IMG/VR virus record: IMGVR_UViG_3300033149_002604
Location: 1-64,000 of that record
Strand: one strand, 5' to 3'
Length of the DNA stretch: 64,000 bases
From: a virus
Position 1 is the stretch's first letter. Each line of letters starts with the position of its first letter. Of this stretch, positions 55,570 through 64,000 are shown piece after piece. Made by a program: the position numbers and the translations under genes. The notes beneath the pieces are model-generated. The model did not search any database, was not told where the DNA came from, and worked only from the letters and a program-made list of their open reading frames with translations.

Positions 55570-56859
55570 TTACCAACTGTTAAGCGCTGATCGTTTCCAA
55601 GTATTGTTGGCAACACAAACGTAGATGTAATCACTATCCCAACAGATTTCCCCAACATTCCCAGTAGCGTTGACTGAAGATGGTGTTTTAGAGGATCTTA
55701 AGCGAAAGATGTTAGAATTAATATCTACAGCAGCAGTTGGGGTTGCTGTTTTGATCCCAATATCTCCGAAGGTGTTATATACAGCACTTACACCGTCTGT
55801 CAGCCAACGAGCGGAATGCTCATCAGCAGTCAGATGATAATATTCGTCTGATGTTCCACCCTGTAAGCCAGTTAACGCATTGTGTTCTACAACAGATTTT
55901 GGTATGAAGTATAAATCAAAAGCACTTTCTATACTTTCAAATGATGAAGCATTCTTTTGAACAATTATCTTACCAATTATCCTACCAATACTAGCAATTA
56001 CACCTGGAAGAGATGCTGGTGGTTGAGCGTTTTGAGCATCTGTTAGTAGATAGTCATCCTGTCCGTATACAACAAAAACATGTCCTTCGATGTCAACATA
56101 AATCCAATGAACACCATAATATCTTCGCCAACCAAAAGGATCTGATAATGTCGCTAATGTTCCTGATCCATCATCATAATGCAGATTATCAATCTGTGTT
56201 TGTCCTGTAACTTTAGTCCATCCACCAGAACCATCCCTATAATAATATGTAAATGTATCTGTTCCAGAAGTATCAAAACTAGGGAAGGTAACTTCTGTCA
56301 GCCCTGCATAATAAGTACCAGAGGTAATAGCAATATTTCTTGTTCCTGTTTCTGATATTTGTATACCATTAACTCTCTGAAACTTTCCATTCACATCTAA
56401 GTCTTTCCAGAGGGTATTTTTGGCGTAATTAGCAACAACTTGGCCCGCTGTCGTAATATATAAATCTGTTCCATCTCTGTAGACAAGCCCAAGCATCACA
56501 TTTGTATTTTTGTCTGAGGGAATTGAAGTGCTTGTTACAATTTGTGGATTTCCACTATTATATTCTACATAGATGTAATTGGTAGTGTTGTCAGTTAGAG
56601 AAATTGAACTATTGGCTGACCAGTCAAATGTCTTGGTTAGTCCCACATCACTATCAGTTGTTTTTATAAGTCCCTTTCCTGCACTAACAGCAACAGTCCC
56701 ATCACCATTATCAGTTATGTTTCCCCCTTCTAACTTTCCAGCCGAATGAATAACATTAATCAGATCTTGTAGGTTTGTATAAGTTGGTGTTCCGAGTTGA
56801 GAAATGCTAATGTTGGATGCGGTGAAATCTCCTATTTCACAGATTTCAACGTGGGCCAT
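55570..56859 (-). CDS. Virion structural / fibre-like protein
   Basis: S/T/G-rich beta protein; HNALTGLQGG; GEICWDSDYIYVCVANNTWKR C-terminus. Confidence 0.6.
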   Translation of the reverse strand: MAHVEICEIGDFTASNISISQLGTPTYTNLQDLINVIHSAGKLEGGNITDNGDGTVAVSAGKGLIKTTDSDVGLTKTFDWSANSSISLTDNTTNYIYVEYNSGNPQIVTSTSIPSDKNTNVMLGLVYRDGTDLYITTAGQVVANYAKNTLWKDLDVNGKFQRVNGIQISETGTRNIAITSGTYYAGLTEVTFPSFDTSGTDTFTYYYRDGSGGWTKVTGQTQIDNLHYDDGSGTLATLSDPFGWRRYYGVHWIYVDIEGHVFVVYGQDDYLLTDAQNAQPPASLPGVIASIGRIIGKIIVQKNASSFESIESAFDLYFIPKSVVEHNALTGLQGGTSDEYYHLTADEHSARWLTDGVSAVYNTFGDIGIKTATPTAAVDINSNIFRLRSSKTPSSVNATGNVGEICWDSDYIYVCVANNTWKRSALNSW

Positions 56860-56873
56860 TCTTATTCAACCCC

Positions 56874-57164
56874 TTATTCTAAAAGAAGGACTTCAAGAAT
56901 AGTAGATGTTGAACTGGTTTGCACATAGAACAATGTTTCCCCACCAGATTTTCCTATGTCTATTGATAGCATACTATCAATGGTTAGGTATCTAGCACCG
57001 TCAGGTAGATGGGATATTTTAAATGAAGTTCCATCTCTTAGTCTAGCCAGAATGGAGAAACAACTGCTGTTGGCTGGAATTACTATTTCTTTCCACGTTG
57101 TAGAATCAACATCTTCATTTATGATATCACGTATTACATTTCCACCTATTGTAACTTGACTCAT
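56874..57164 (-). CDS. Hypothetical protein
   Basis: Operon context. Confidence 0.6.
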   Translation of the reverse strand: MSQVTIGGNVIRDIINEDVDSTTWKEIVIPANSSCFSILARLRDGTSFKISHLPDGARYLTIDSMLSIDIGKSGGETLFYVQTSSTSTILEVLLLE

Positions 57165-57177
57165 TAGATGTTCTCAC

Positions 57178-57645
57178 CTATTTTCCGACAATATTATTAA
57201 GCATTGGAGCAATACTGCTATCAACATTCTGATTGTCGTTTCCAAATCTGGTACATTCAATCTTGTATATTTTACATATAGCAGGAATCATGTTGTTCAG
57301 AAGTTCAACATCTTGGTAGTAAACTTTCATATACTTATTAACTAAACACATTAACTGTAAGCTGGTAGCAAGTCTTTCAATATCTACACAGTCACTTTTG
57401 TAGCGTAAATTTTGCAGCTTTTTTATTCCTAGAAGTTTACCAACCTTAAGTAGATCATACTTACGTTGGGCATATCTGGCTTCATCACAAAGTCTAAAAC
57501 CATATTTCTTTTCTATCTGCATTGGTACTTCAGTGTCATCACACACTATCAGAACTTCATAATGGAAATCGCACTTTTGTATTTCCGATGCTAAGTGGTA
57601 AATCCAATCATAGGTGTTAAAGGAAACTATTAGTGCTTTATCCAC
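57178..57645 (-). CDS. Hypothetical protein (possibly degenerate PIG-L/LmbE fold)
   Basis: ALIVSF...VLIVCD...R...LLG...L.Y pattern, lacking the HPDD motif. Confidence 0.4.
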   Translation of the reverse strand: MDKALIVSFNTYDWIYHLASEIQKCDFHYEVLIVCDDTEVPMQIEKKYGFRLCDEARYAQRKYDLLKVGKLLGIKKLQNLRYKSDCVDIERLATSLQLMCLVNKYMKVYYQDVELLNNMIPAICKIYKIECTRFGNDNQNVDSSIAPMLNNIVGK

Positions 57646-57691
57646 AGTATTTCTCCATTCGGAAGTGGCGGTTCGCTAATAACGTTATATG

Positions 57692-58396
57692 TTACTGTGA
57701 GATCATTTTATTATTTACAACCATATAGATTCTTCCATTTATGACTTCACAATTTATAACCATATTTAAATCTAAAAAGAATTTAATGAAAAATCCCAGA
57801 CTTTTTACTGAAATGTGTTCTAATTGATCTACACAATTAGGAAACTCAGGAGTATAAATCAAAAGATGACCACTCTTTTTCATCTTTGAAAGTGCCCACT
57901 TAGTAATTTTCTTATACAGCTCATCAGTTACATGTTCAGCAAAGTCTATCTGCAATATAGTATCAAAATCGTCATCTACTTCTGGAAACCAACTAAAATC
58001 ACAACATATGGATTCAATCCTATTATCTAAGTAGGGCTTAAATGCTTCAATTGAATACTTATTACCATCAATACATACAATCTTCGATAAATCGGGTTTT
58101 CTTCTGAGAAGAAACATTGCTCCTAATCCTGGTCCACCAACATCTAATACTTTACCTTTAATTGTTCCACCAAACATTTTCACCAGATTGTTCCATTTGT
58201 TTATGTGGACATTGGAAAGTCTTGGAAATCTTTCATCATATTCTTCTTTTAAAAGCTTTATGTATTCATGGGCTGTATACTTTCCGAATCTAGTTTCAAT
58301 ACAATACTTTTCAAAACACCTTTTAGGATCTCCATATTTCCTTAAGTGCCACTCTTCTGAAGTAGCTTCATAAACAATCATAGTTTCTCCAACCAA
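57692..58396 (-). CDS. Class I SAM-dependent methyltransferase
   Basis: KVLDVGGPGLG, VCIDG, FDTIL..DFAEHV, GHLLIYTP. Confidence 0.75.
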   Translation of the reverse strand: MVGETMIVYEATSEEWHLRKYGDPKRCFEKYCIETRFGKYTAHEYIKLLKEEYDERFPRLSNVHINKWNNLVKMFGGTIKGKVLDVGGPGLGAMFLLRRKPDLSKIVCIDGNKYSIEAFKPYLDNRIESICCDFSWFPEVDDDFDTILQIDFAEHVTDELYKKITKWALSKMKKSGHLLIYTPEFPNCVDQLEHISVKSLGFFIKFFLDLNMVINCEVINGRIYMVVNNKMISQ

Positions 58397-61335
58397 TTTA
58401 TGTTGTCTGCTGTTACATTCTTTATAGCAAAATCAACCCGTGGTAGATCACACCAGTTACATAGTCCATAAAATTCACATCTTAAATCATCTAAATTTAT
58501 AGGTCTAAAGTCTTTGATATTGCAGATGGGTTTGATGTTGTAGTATAGTCTGTAATGACAATTGAAATAGTTTCCAGACGGATCAATTATTAAAGAAAAT
58601 ATTCCATGTGGACACATTACTGTTGTTCCTTGGCTTTGCCCACACATTTTCCTGTAGAAGGTATAATCATAGATTCCACACATTCTTCTAGCGGATTCTT
58701 GGTCCCAGTAACCCTCATTAGGATATAAGCAATCGGGACGGAAATCTTTAGCATATCCATTTTCTTCAGTCCAGAATCCTAAGAATGGGGGGGATTTTAG
58801 TTCTGGAAGAGAATTTCTAACCTTTTCTATCCTCTCTTTCCATTTAGTTTCTATTTCAGGGATATAAACAAATGCGATTTGGTCAACATACAACCCACAA
58901 TCTCTCATTTCATTTATTCTAGAAACATATTCCTCTGGTTCCAGTGCATGTGGATGATATGAAGTATTGATTCTTAATGTAGAACCAAATCTAGGTTTAA
59001 GTTGTTTGAATTTCTTACTTTCCCAAAATTCCCCCTTACAATTCGTAGTAATTGTTATATAATAATCTTCAAGATTGTTGACTATTTCAACCAAATCTTT
59101 GTGTAATGTTGTTTCCCCACCTATTAGAGACAATCTTTGCCTTGGTTCGTGATATAAATTATTCCACCAATTTAATATTTCTTTACCACTTAATTCTTCA
59201 CGTGGAACGTGTTTACCCCTACCATCTACGATACAAAACGGACAATTTCCATTACATCTAAATGTAATCATGTGTGCCCAATAACACATTGGGTAATAAT
59301 AGTTGCTAGGTAAAACTTTTAGCTGTGTTGTTCTTTTATTAAAGTCTGTTACCAAACTTCTTAATCTGTTTATACGTTTTTCAATATCACATTCTGCAAG
59401 TTCAAAGTCAATAAACTTGAATTCCCCATCTTTAATCAATATATTATTTATGTTCAAATCAAATATTCCAACTGCTTCTAATATTTTATGGGCTTCATCA
59501 ATTATCTTATAGTACAGTTCTTTGTTTAAAGATCCTATCTCACCAAGATTTCTCCAATCAAAATATTCAAATAAAATAAATTGATCTTGTATAGCTATTG
59601 GTTTTACCACATGCTTAGAAGCCTTATAAGCTGCAACAGTTCTATCAAATTGATCATCTGCAAAGTTGACTAGACTATCATTGGGATAAAATTTTTCACT
59701 TAACCAATCGTTATACAGTTGTTCTTTTACAAAATATTTGTTTCCATTGCTGTCTGATACTGTGAAATACCTTACATCTTCTTTGGATTTATGCCTATTA
59801 CGAAATTGATCTACTATTTGATATTCTTTATCTCCAAACCTTATCTTCTTATTCTTCATGTGTTCAGGAAGTTCATCAGAAAACCAAAACAGCCATCTTT
59901 CCACACCATGAATTTTTTCAGAACAAATCGTTTCAACGTGTGTTGAAATACCTAATTTCTCTGAAACCCATTTTGGAAATTCGGTTCTATGGTCTGTAAA
60001 CTTTGGAATAAGATTTATCCAAGGGGTCCATTCACTACCCTCTTCATTAGATTGTCCCATATCAAATATAACATTCTTGGAAATCCTACCTACTTCTGAA
60101 AGAATCTGATCAGCCACTTCAGCAGAATACTGTTCATAGATATGATGATGGACACTCATGTAAAAAGTGAATTCAAATTCCTTATCCTTGAATTCTTTCA
60201 ACCTATCTAATAAATCTTTTTCTAGCAGTTCGAATGTACATTTATTATTAGCAGCCTGTGCCTTCTTTGCAGATTCGATCATCTTAGGATCTGTATCTAG
60301 CCCTAAAACATCAAATCCCATTTGGGCAGCTAGGATGGAAAAATACCCGTTGTTGCAACCAATATCTAAAATCTTACCTGACTTTTTCTTAACAAGTATA
60401 GGTTCTATGTATCGCCATCTTTTAGCTGAATCCCGCTTTCCACCACACTGTCCTGTAACAGACGAATTATATGATGTATCTACGTTATTGAAATAATTAA
60501 GAATGTCCTGCTTGTACTTATTCCAGTTCAAAATTTCAGTTAAATCATTAGCATTTCCGGCTACCTGTACATTACCGAATAGTGGTATGGCTTGGTGAAC
60601 TGGGGTGCTTTTAAACATAGCCAAGAGATTTTTCCTAAATGCACCTGCAATGTGCATCACCACACTGTCTATTGCACATATAAAATCTACATAAGCAATA
60701 AGTGCTTTACTGAATCGCATGTCATCTTCTGGTAATTCGATGGATCGGGAACATGATTTACGACCAAATTCAAATATCGTAAACTGGTTGAACATTTCGT
60801 TCATCATCTTTTCTATTATGTCTGATTCAAATTCTTTGGGTGGATTTCCAGCTTTATTGTGTAGAATCAGCCAAGGTTTGTCATACTGGCTAAGATATTC
60901 CATTGCTTTTTTAGCATAGTCTTCACGGAAGGTAAGTTCGGTGATGAGTTCTTCTATCCTATCAAATTTAATTCCCAATTCATCTGCTGCCCTGAATATC
61001 TTGTGCATCTTGAATCCAGCTTGTCGTAGTAAGGGAAGGGTTATGATGTTGTCATACTTGCCTAAATATTCATACTTGACTGATCTGTCAAGTTCCCTAA
61101 TATTGTCAAGATACCCATCATAAGACTTTACATTTTCCCAAGGATCAGGAAGGATTGGCAAGAATTCATCTACAAAGGTAAATTCTAGTAGTTCTTCAAC
61201 CTTTGAACCAAACCTTTGTAGACTTGCTAGGGAAATTTCAGTATCAGAACAGATTTGCTTGTACTTTCTTAAAGCTGGGGTTAATAAGATATGGTCGCCT
61301 AAGCCGTGGGGGTAAACTATTAGAATCTTTGACAT
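58378..61335 (-). CDS. Four-domain fusion: GT9-like glycosyltransferase + SAM methyltransferase + kinase-like + radical SAM
   Basis: HGLGDHILLTPAL and IDSVVMHIAGA; ILDIGCNNGYFS; YFVKE, DLNINNILI, FIDFE; CNGNCPFC, LIGGETTLH; start at TAATG overlap. Confidence 0.8.
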   Translation of the reverse strand: MSKILIVYPHGLGDHILLTPALRKYKQICSDTEISLASLQRFGSKVEELLEFTFVDEFLPILPDPWENVKSYDGYLDNIRELDRSVKYEYLGKYDNIITLPLLRQAGFKMHKIFRAADELGIKFDRIEELITELTFREDYAKKAMEYLSQYDKPWLILHNKAGNPPKEFESDIIEKMMNEMFNQFTIFEFGRKSCSRSIELPEDDMRFSKALIAYVDFICAIDSVVMHIAGAFRKNLLAMFKSTPVHQAIPLFGNVQVAGNANDLTEILNWNKYKQDILNYFNNVDTSYNSSVTGQCGGKRDSAKRWRYIEPILVKKKSGKILDIGCNNGYFSILAAQMGFDVLGLDTDPKMIESAKKAQAANNKCTFELLEKDLLDRLKEFKDKEFEFTFYMSVHHHIYEQYSAEVADQILSEVGRISKNVIFDMGQSNEEGSEWTPWINLIPKFTDHRTEFPKWVSEKLGISTHVETICSEKIHGVERWLFWFSDELPEHMKNKKIRFGDKEYQIVDQFRNRHKSKEDVRYFTVSDSNGNKYFVKEQLYNDWLSEKFYPNDSLVNFADDQFDRTVAAYKASKHVVKPIAIQDQFILFEYFDWRNLGEIGSLNKELYYKIIDEAHKILEAVGIFDLNINNILIKDGEFKFIDFELAECDIEKRINRLRSLVTDFNKRTTQLKVLPSNYYYPMCYWAHMITFRCNGNCPFCIVDGRGKHVPREELSGKEILNWWNNLYHEPRQRLSLIGGETTLHKDLVEIVNNLEDYYITITTNCKGEFWESKKFKQLKPRFGSTLRINTSYHPHALEPEEYVSRINEMRDCGLYVDQIAFVYIPEIETKWKERIEKVRNSLPELKSPPFLGFWTEENGYAKDFRPDCLYPNEGYWDQESARRMCGIYDYTFYRKMCGQSQGTTVMCPHGIFSLIIDPSGNYFNCHYRLYYNIKPICNIKDFRPINLDDLRCEFYGLCNWCDLPRVDFAIKNVTADNINWLEKL

Positions 61336-62252
61336 TAATCGCCTCGCATTATGGTTGTTATTATCTTTTCCGTAACATCCTTCCAAGTATGCAACTTTCT
61401 AACCTTTTCTAGTCCTTCCCTTGCAATTGCTTCCCTTTCATCGTCATGTTTCAGGTAATATTCTACCAGTTCCATGAATTCACTTTCATTCTTGAACCAA
61501 ACCAAATTCTTCTTATTGTCAAAGAACAAACTTAAATCATCACAGAATTCTGAAAGTAAAAATCCACCACAACCTAATGTAGTTACCACACGATCGCTGA
61601 ATATGTTGGAATGAACTAGATTTAGAACTATTTTATACTTGTTGATAGTCTTTCTTAAGTCAGCTAACACTATTGGTGGATTAGGTGAAATTTCTTCAGG
61701 CCAACCTTGACCGTAAACGTCTATCAGGTCTAAGTGTTTAGAAACAAAATTCAATCTTTTAGCTGTAGCACTTCCAAAGAACAGAATTTTATCAATCTTG
61801 TTGGTATTATCTTCTGGATAGAATATATCTGGATCATAGCCTTCTATAATTAGGTAGGACTTCCCAGTATATTTATGTCTATCAAAGAATTCAACTACTT
61901 CACTTGAAGTTGCGCTTGCAAAATTTACCCTAGTCACGTATTGTTCTGCCCGAATAGCTTCAGCAACCCTAATATTGTCCATGAACCAGTACCAAGTTGT
62001 ACATTGTTCAGTCACTTTTTGAACAATTGCTGGGTTGACGCCATTTATTTTGCTGAATAATACCAATTCAGGTTTGTATCTGTTGACGGCCCACAATAGA
62101 TAATCATAGAATACTTCTTTTCCTTCCTTGGAAATGATTGTTCTGTAATTTATAGGAATTACACCCCAACCATTCTGCTTAAAACCTTTTGCCATCCAGA
62201 CATTGGTGCTTTCTGGTTTGTCTAGTACACCAACGATCATTACTTTTGGCAT
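61335..62252 (-). CDS. Glycosyltransferase (CgeB / Glyco_trans_1_2-like)
   Basis: EGYDPDIFYP, FFGS...R, VYGQGW, KIVLN, DRVVTTLGCGGFLLS, EREAIAREG. Confidence 0.85.
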   Translation of the reverse strand: MPKVMIVGVLDKPESTNVWMAKGFKQNGWGVIPINYRTIISKEGKEVFYDYLLWAVNRYKPELVLFSKINGVNPAIVQKVTEQCTTWYWFMDNIRVAEAIRAEQYVTRVNFASATSSEVVEFFDRHKYTGKSYLIIEGYDPDIFYPEDNTNKIDKILFFGSATAKRLNFVSKHLDLIDVYGQGWPEEISPNPPIVLADLRKTINKYKIVLNLVHSNIFSDRVVTTLGCGGFLLSEFCDDLSLFFDNKKNLVWFKNESEFMELVEYYLKHDDEREAIAREGLEKVRKLHTWKDVTEKIITTIMRGD

Positions 62253-63253
62253 GGGACTTCTCCAATTATTTGGTTTAGGTTTTCCGTATGCTTATTGACT
62301 ACATCTTCATATTGCTGCCTTTTCAAATTTTCTACTTCATTCAGTCTATCAAGCATTGTCGCTATGTCAGATAGGATGGTTTCAGCATCAATAGCCCGAT
62401 AATCTGAAACATATCTAAAACTTACTGGTACATCAAACCTGTTTTCCAACACAGCATGTCTATGTTTTTCATGTCCAATAATATAGCTGGGACAACAGCT
62501 TTGTAAACTTACATGTGTAAGACCAGATTGACTACTAACTGAACATACTGCTGAATTTAGATAGGTTACAATTTGATCCATTTTATCTTCACCATCGTAA
62601 TCAATCAGGTTGATTACATTGTCTGCCTTGTACCCTGATAGGAATGAACCAGATGGTGTACCACAAAGTACCACAATGAAGTATTTTCTTAACCCTTCTA
62701 CAACTTCAGCCCATACAAATTCGGGTACATTTCTAAAAGCAGCTCTACTCCTCCCTCGCGGCATTACACAAATAATATCCCGTTCTAGTTTAACTTTAGG
62801 TCTTACAAGTTTCCTGAAAATCTGTGGTGCATAATTTATAAAAGCATTACATCCACGTGGGGGAAATATTTCTATAGTCTTTGTCCAGTCATAAAAGGTT
62901 CTGCAATATTCTATGATTTTAGAATATACATGTGGGGGTGTTAGGCTTCCTGGTGGTGATCCAAGTAGTGGTGCTTCATAACAATCCCGTTCCAATTCCA
63001 TACCATAAAACCAGTCGGGAAGTTCTATCGTATAGTCTACGAAGTCTTCTACGAATATGTGGTAATCCAATTCTGTGAACAGTATGAATTTTCTGTCCTT
63101 ATATTCATTGTGCTTAAGAAACCTCAGATGTGCTTGAAAGCGGCTTAAAAACCACCCCAATTCACCATAAAAGAAAGATGCAACACAAGGTTCATTTATG
63201 TACAAATCCTTATTTATTATCTGGCTGTGCTGGATTGTCTGTGTTCCTTCCAA
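62240..63253 (-). CDS. Putative glycosyltransferase (GT9-like)
   Basis: GELGWF, RNVPEFVW, VSSQSGLTHVS. Confidence 0.55.
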   Translation of the reverse strand: MEGTQTIQHSQIINKDLYINEPCVASFFYGELGWFLSRFQAHLRFLKHNEYKDRKFILFTELDYHIFVEDFVDYTIELPDWFYGMELERDCYEAPLLGSPPGSLTPPHVYSKIIEYCRTFYDWTKTIEIFPPRGCNAFINYAPQIFRKLVRPKVKLERDIICVMPRGRSRAAFRNVPEFVWAEVVEGLRKYFIVVLCGTPSGSFLSGYKADNVINLIDYDGEDKMDQIVTYLNSAVCSVSSQSGLTHVSLQSCCPSYIIGHEKHRHAVLENRFDVPVSFRYVSDYRAIDAETILSDIATMLDRLNEVENLKRQQYEDVVNKHTENLNQIIGEVPCQK

Positions 63254-63614
63254 ACCGCAACTCCTTTAAAATATTCTTTATATCCCTTCGCATTTCGTAC
63301 TGGTTGGCTTTAAGTTCCTTTATTGCTTCATACAGCAGGGTATAGCTAGATTCAAGTTTTGCTACACGTTCATTCTGTGCTGCTACTGCCTGCTTGTCTG
63401 CAAATCGCATTACTGCCGATTGATTGTCACTCCACAGCTTCACCCCAGTAGAAATGGCTGGAATAGCTATAGCACCAATGATAATATACAACCACTTTTT
63501 AGGTACTTTATTTGCTACACATCTTACCAACCCACCAGTACCATCCTTACCATACAATGCTTCTTCTATTTTACGTAATGTGGACTGGCATTCGGGATCT
63601 GGACAATTGGTCAC
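63210..63614 (-). CDS. Membrane-anchored coiled-coil protein
   Basis: LYGKDG..GL, one TM helix, coiled coil; RBS AGGAG. Confidence 0.6.
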   Translation of the reverse strand: MTNCPDPECQSTLRKIEEALYGKDGTGGLVRCVANKVPKKWLYIIIGAIAIPAISTGVKLWSDNQSAVMRFADKQAVAAQNERVAKLESSYTLLYEAIKELKANQYEMRRDIKNILKELRFGRNTDNPAQPDNK

Positions 63615-63619
63615 TTCTC

Positions 63620-64000
63620 CTAACTCCCCTTTCGTAGAGATCTTTTCCTAAGATGCCATGTCTTGGGATTGGAAGTGACTTTAGTGACATAATACCCACA
63701 AACTTTGTCTAAAGCTTCGGCTATATGAAGATCATTTGTAGTAAGTTCATCTGGGCCTGCCATCTTCATAGCCTGTTTTGTAGCTGAATCAGTAGTTGCC
63801 TTGATGTCTTCCAAAATCAATTCTGCTGCTGACTTTTCAGGTTCTTTTTCTTCTGAAAATTCCCTGTTTAGAATTTCCCTTAACTGTGCTAGGGTAATGT
63901 TGTATTCCTTTAGTAATTCAATAAGAGGATCGGTTTCCTGCTGAGAAACATCTTGTTGGATATCTTCTGTCGATTCAGCTTCTTCTATGCTTCCTTCAGA
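63620..64000 (-). CDS. Hypothetical acidic protein, 5'-truncated at the window edge
   Basis: Frame open from 64000 (SEGSIEEAEST...) through to stop at 63620. Confidence 0.6.
   Translation of the reverse strand, partial: SEGSIEEAESTEDIQQDVSQQETDPLIELLKEYNITLAQLREILNREFSEEKEPEKSAAELILEDIKATTDSATKQAMKMAGPDELTTNDLHIAEALDKVCGYYVTKVTSNPKTWHLRKRSLRKGS

Noticed and set aside
56858-56873. Possible self-target of unit AAATTCTT/CGGGGTTG (genome ATTCTTATTCAACCCC)
   Set aside because: Needs a 1-nt gap and three mismatches, which is plausible by chance in 64 kb of AT-rich DNA. No perfect self-target was spotted by eye; a computed search is still needed.

Overview
A 64-kb internal segment of a large AT-rich tailed dsDNA phage genome with a siphovirus-type tail, in two convergent arms. 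The + strand (1-~30,000) holds small early ORFs, a Dam-type methyltransferase, a UDG-PolA fusion polymerase, UvsY/SSB/clamp-loader/RecA/SbcCD-like genes, an intein-containing class II RNR, proteases and two tRNAs. The - strand (~30,000-64,000) holds lysis, tail fibre/tip, tape measure, tail chaperone with a -1 frameshift, two tail-tube paralogues (one split by a 325-nt group I intron), free-standing HNH and LAGLIDADG endonucleases, neck genes and a glycosyl/methyltransferase cluster. The standout locus is 9,400-14,750: a TIGR-Tas-type RNA-guided system (HNH+Nop-domain TasH-like protein) whose 36-nt dual-spacer units (about 21) are scattered over eight mini-arrays between replication genes. Six of the eight arrays end, after a fixed 6-nt linker, in a conserved covarying stem-loop RNA (AGGYTGRY-TTCAGCAA-variable hairpin-GYCAGCCTG). 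The inner hairpins include clear tRNA-Pro(UGG) and tRNA-Cys(GCA) anticodon-arm mimics, and the elements flank a DUF2828 (TROVE/Ro60-like vWA) gene. This guide-array / tRNA-mimic / Ro-like protein combination is the best candidate for an undescribed system. All calls are by-eye motif recognition; no database searches were run.
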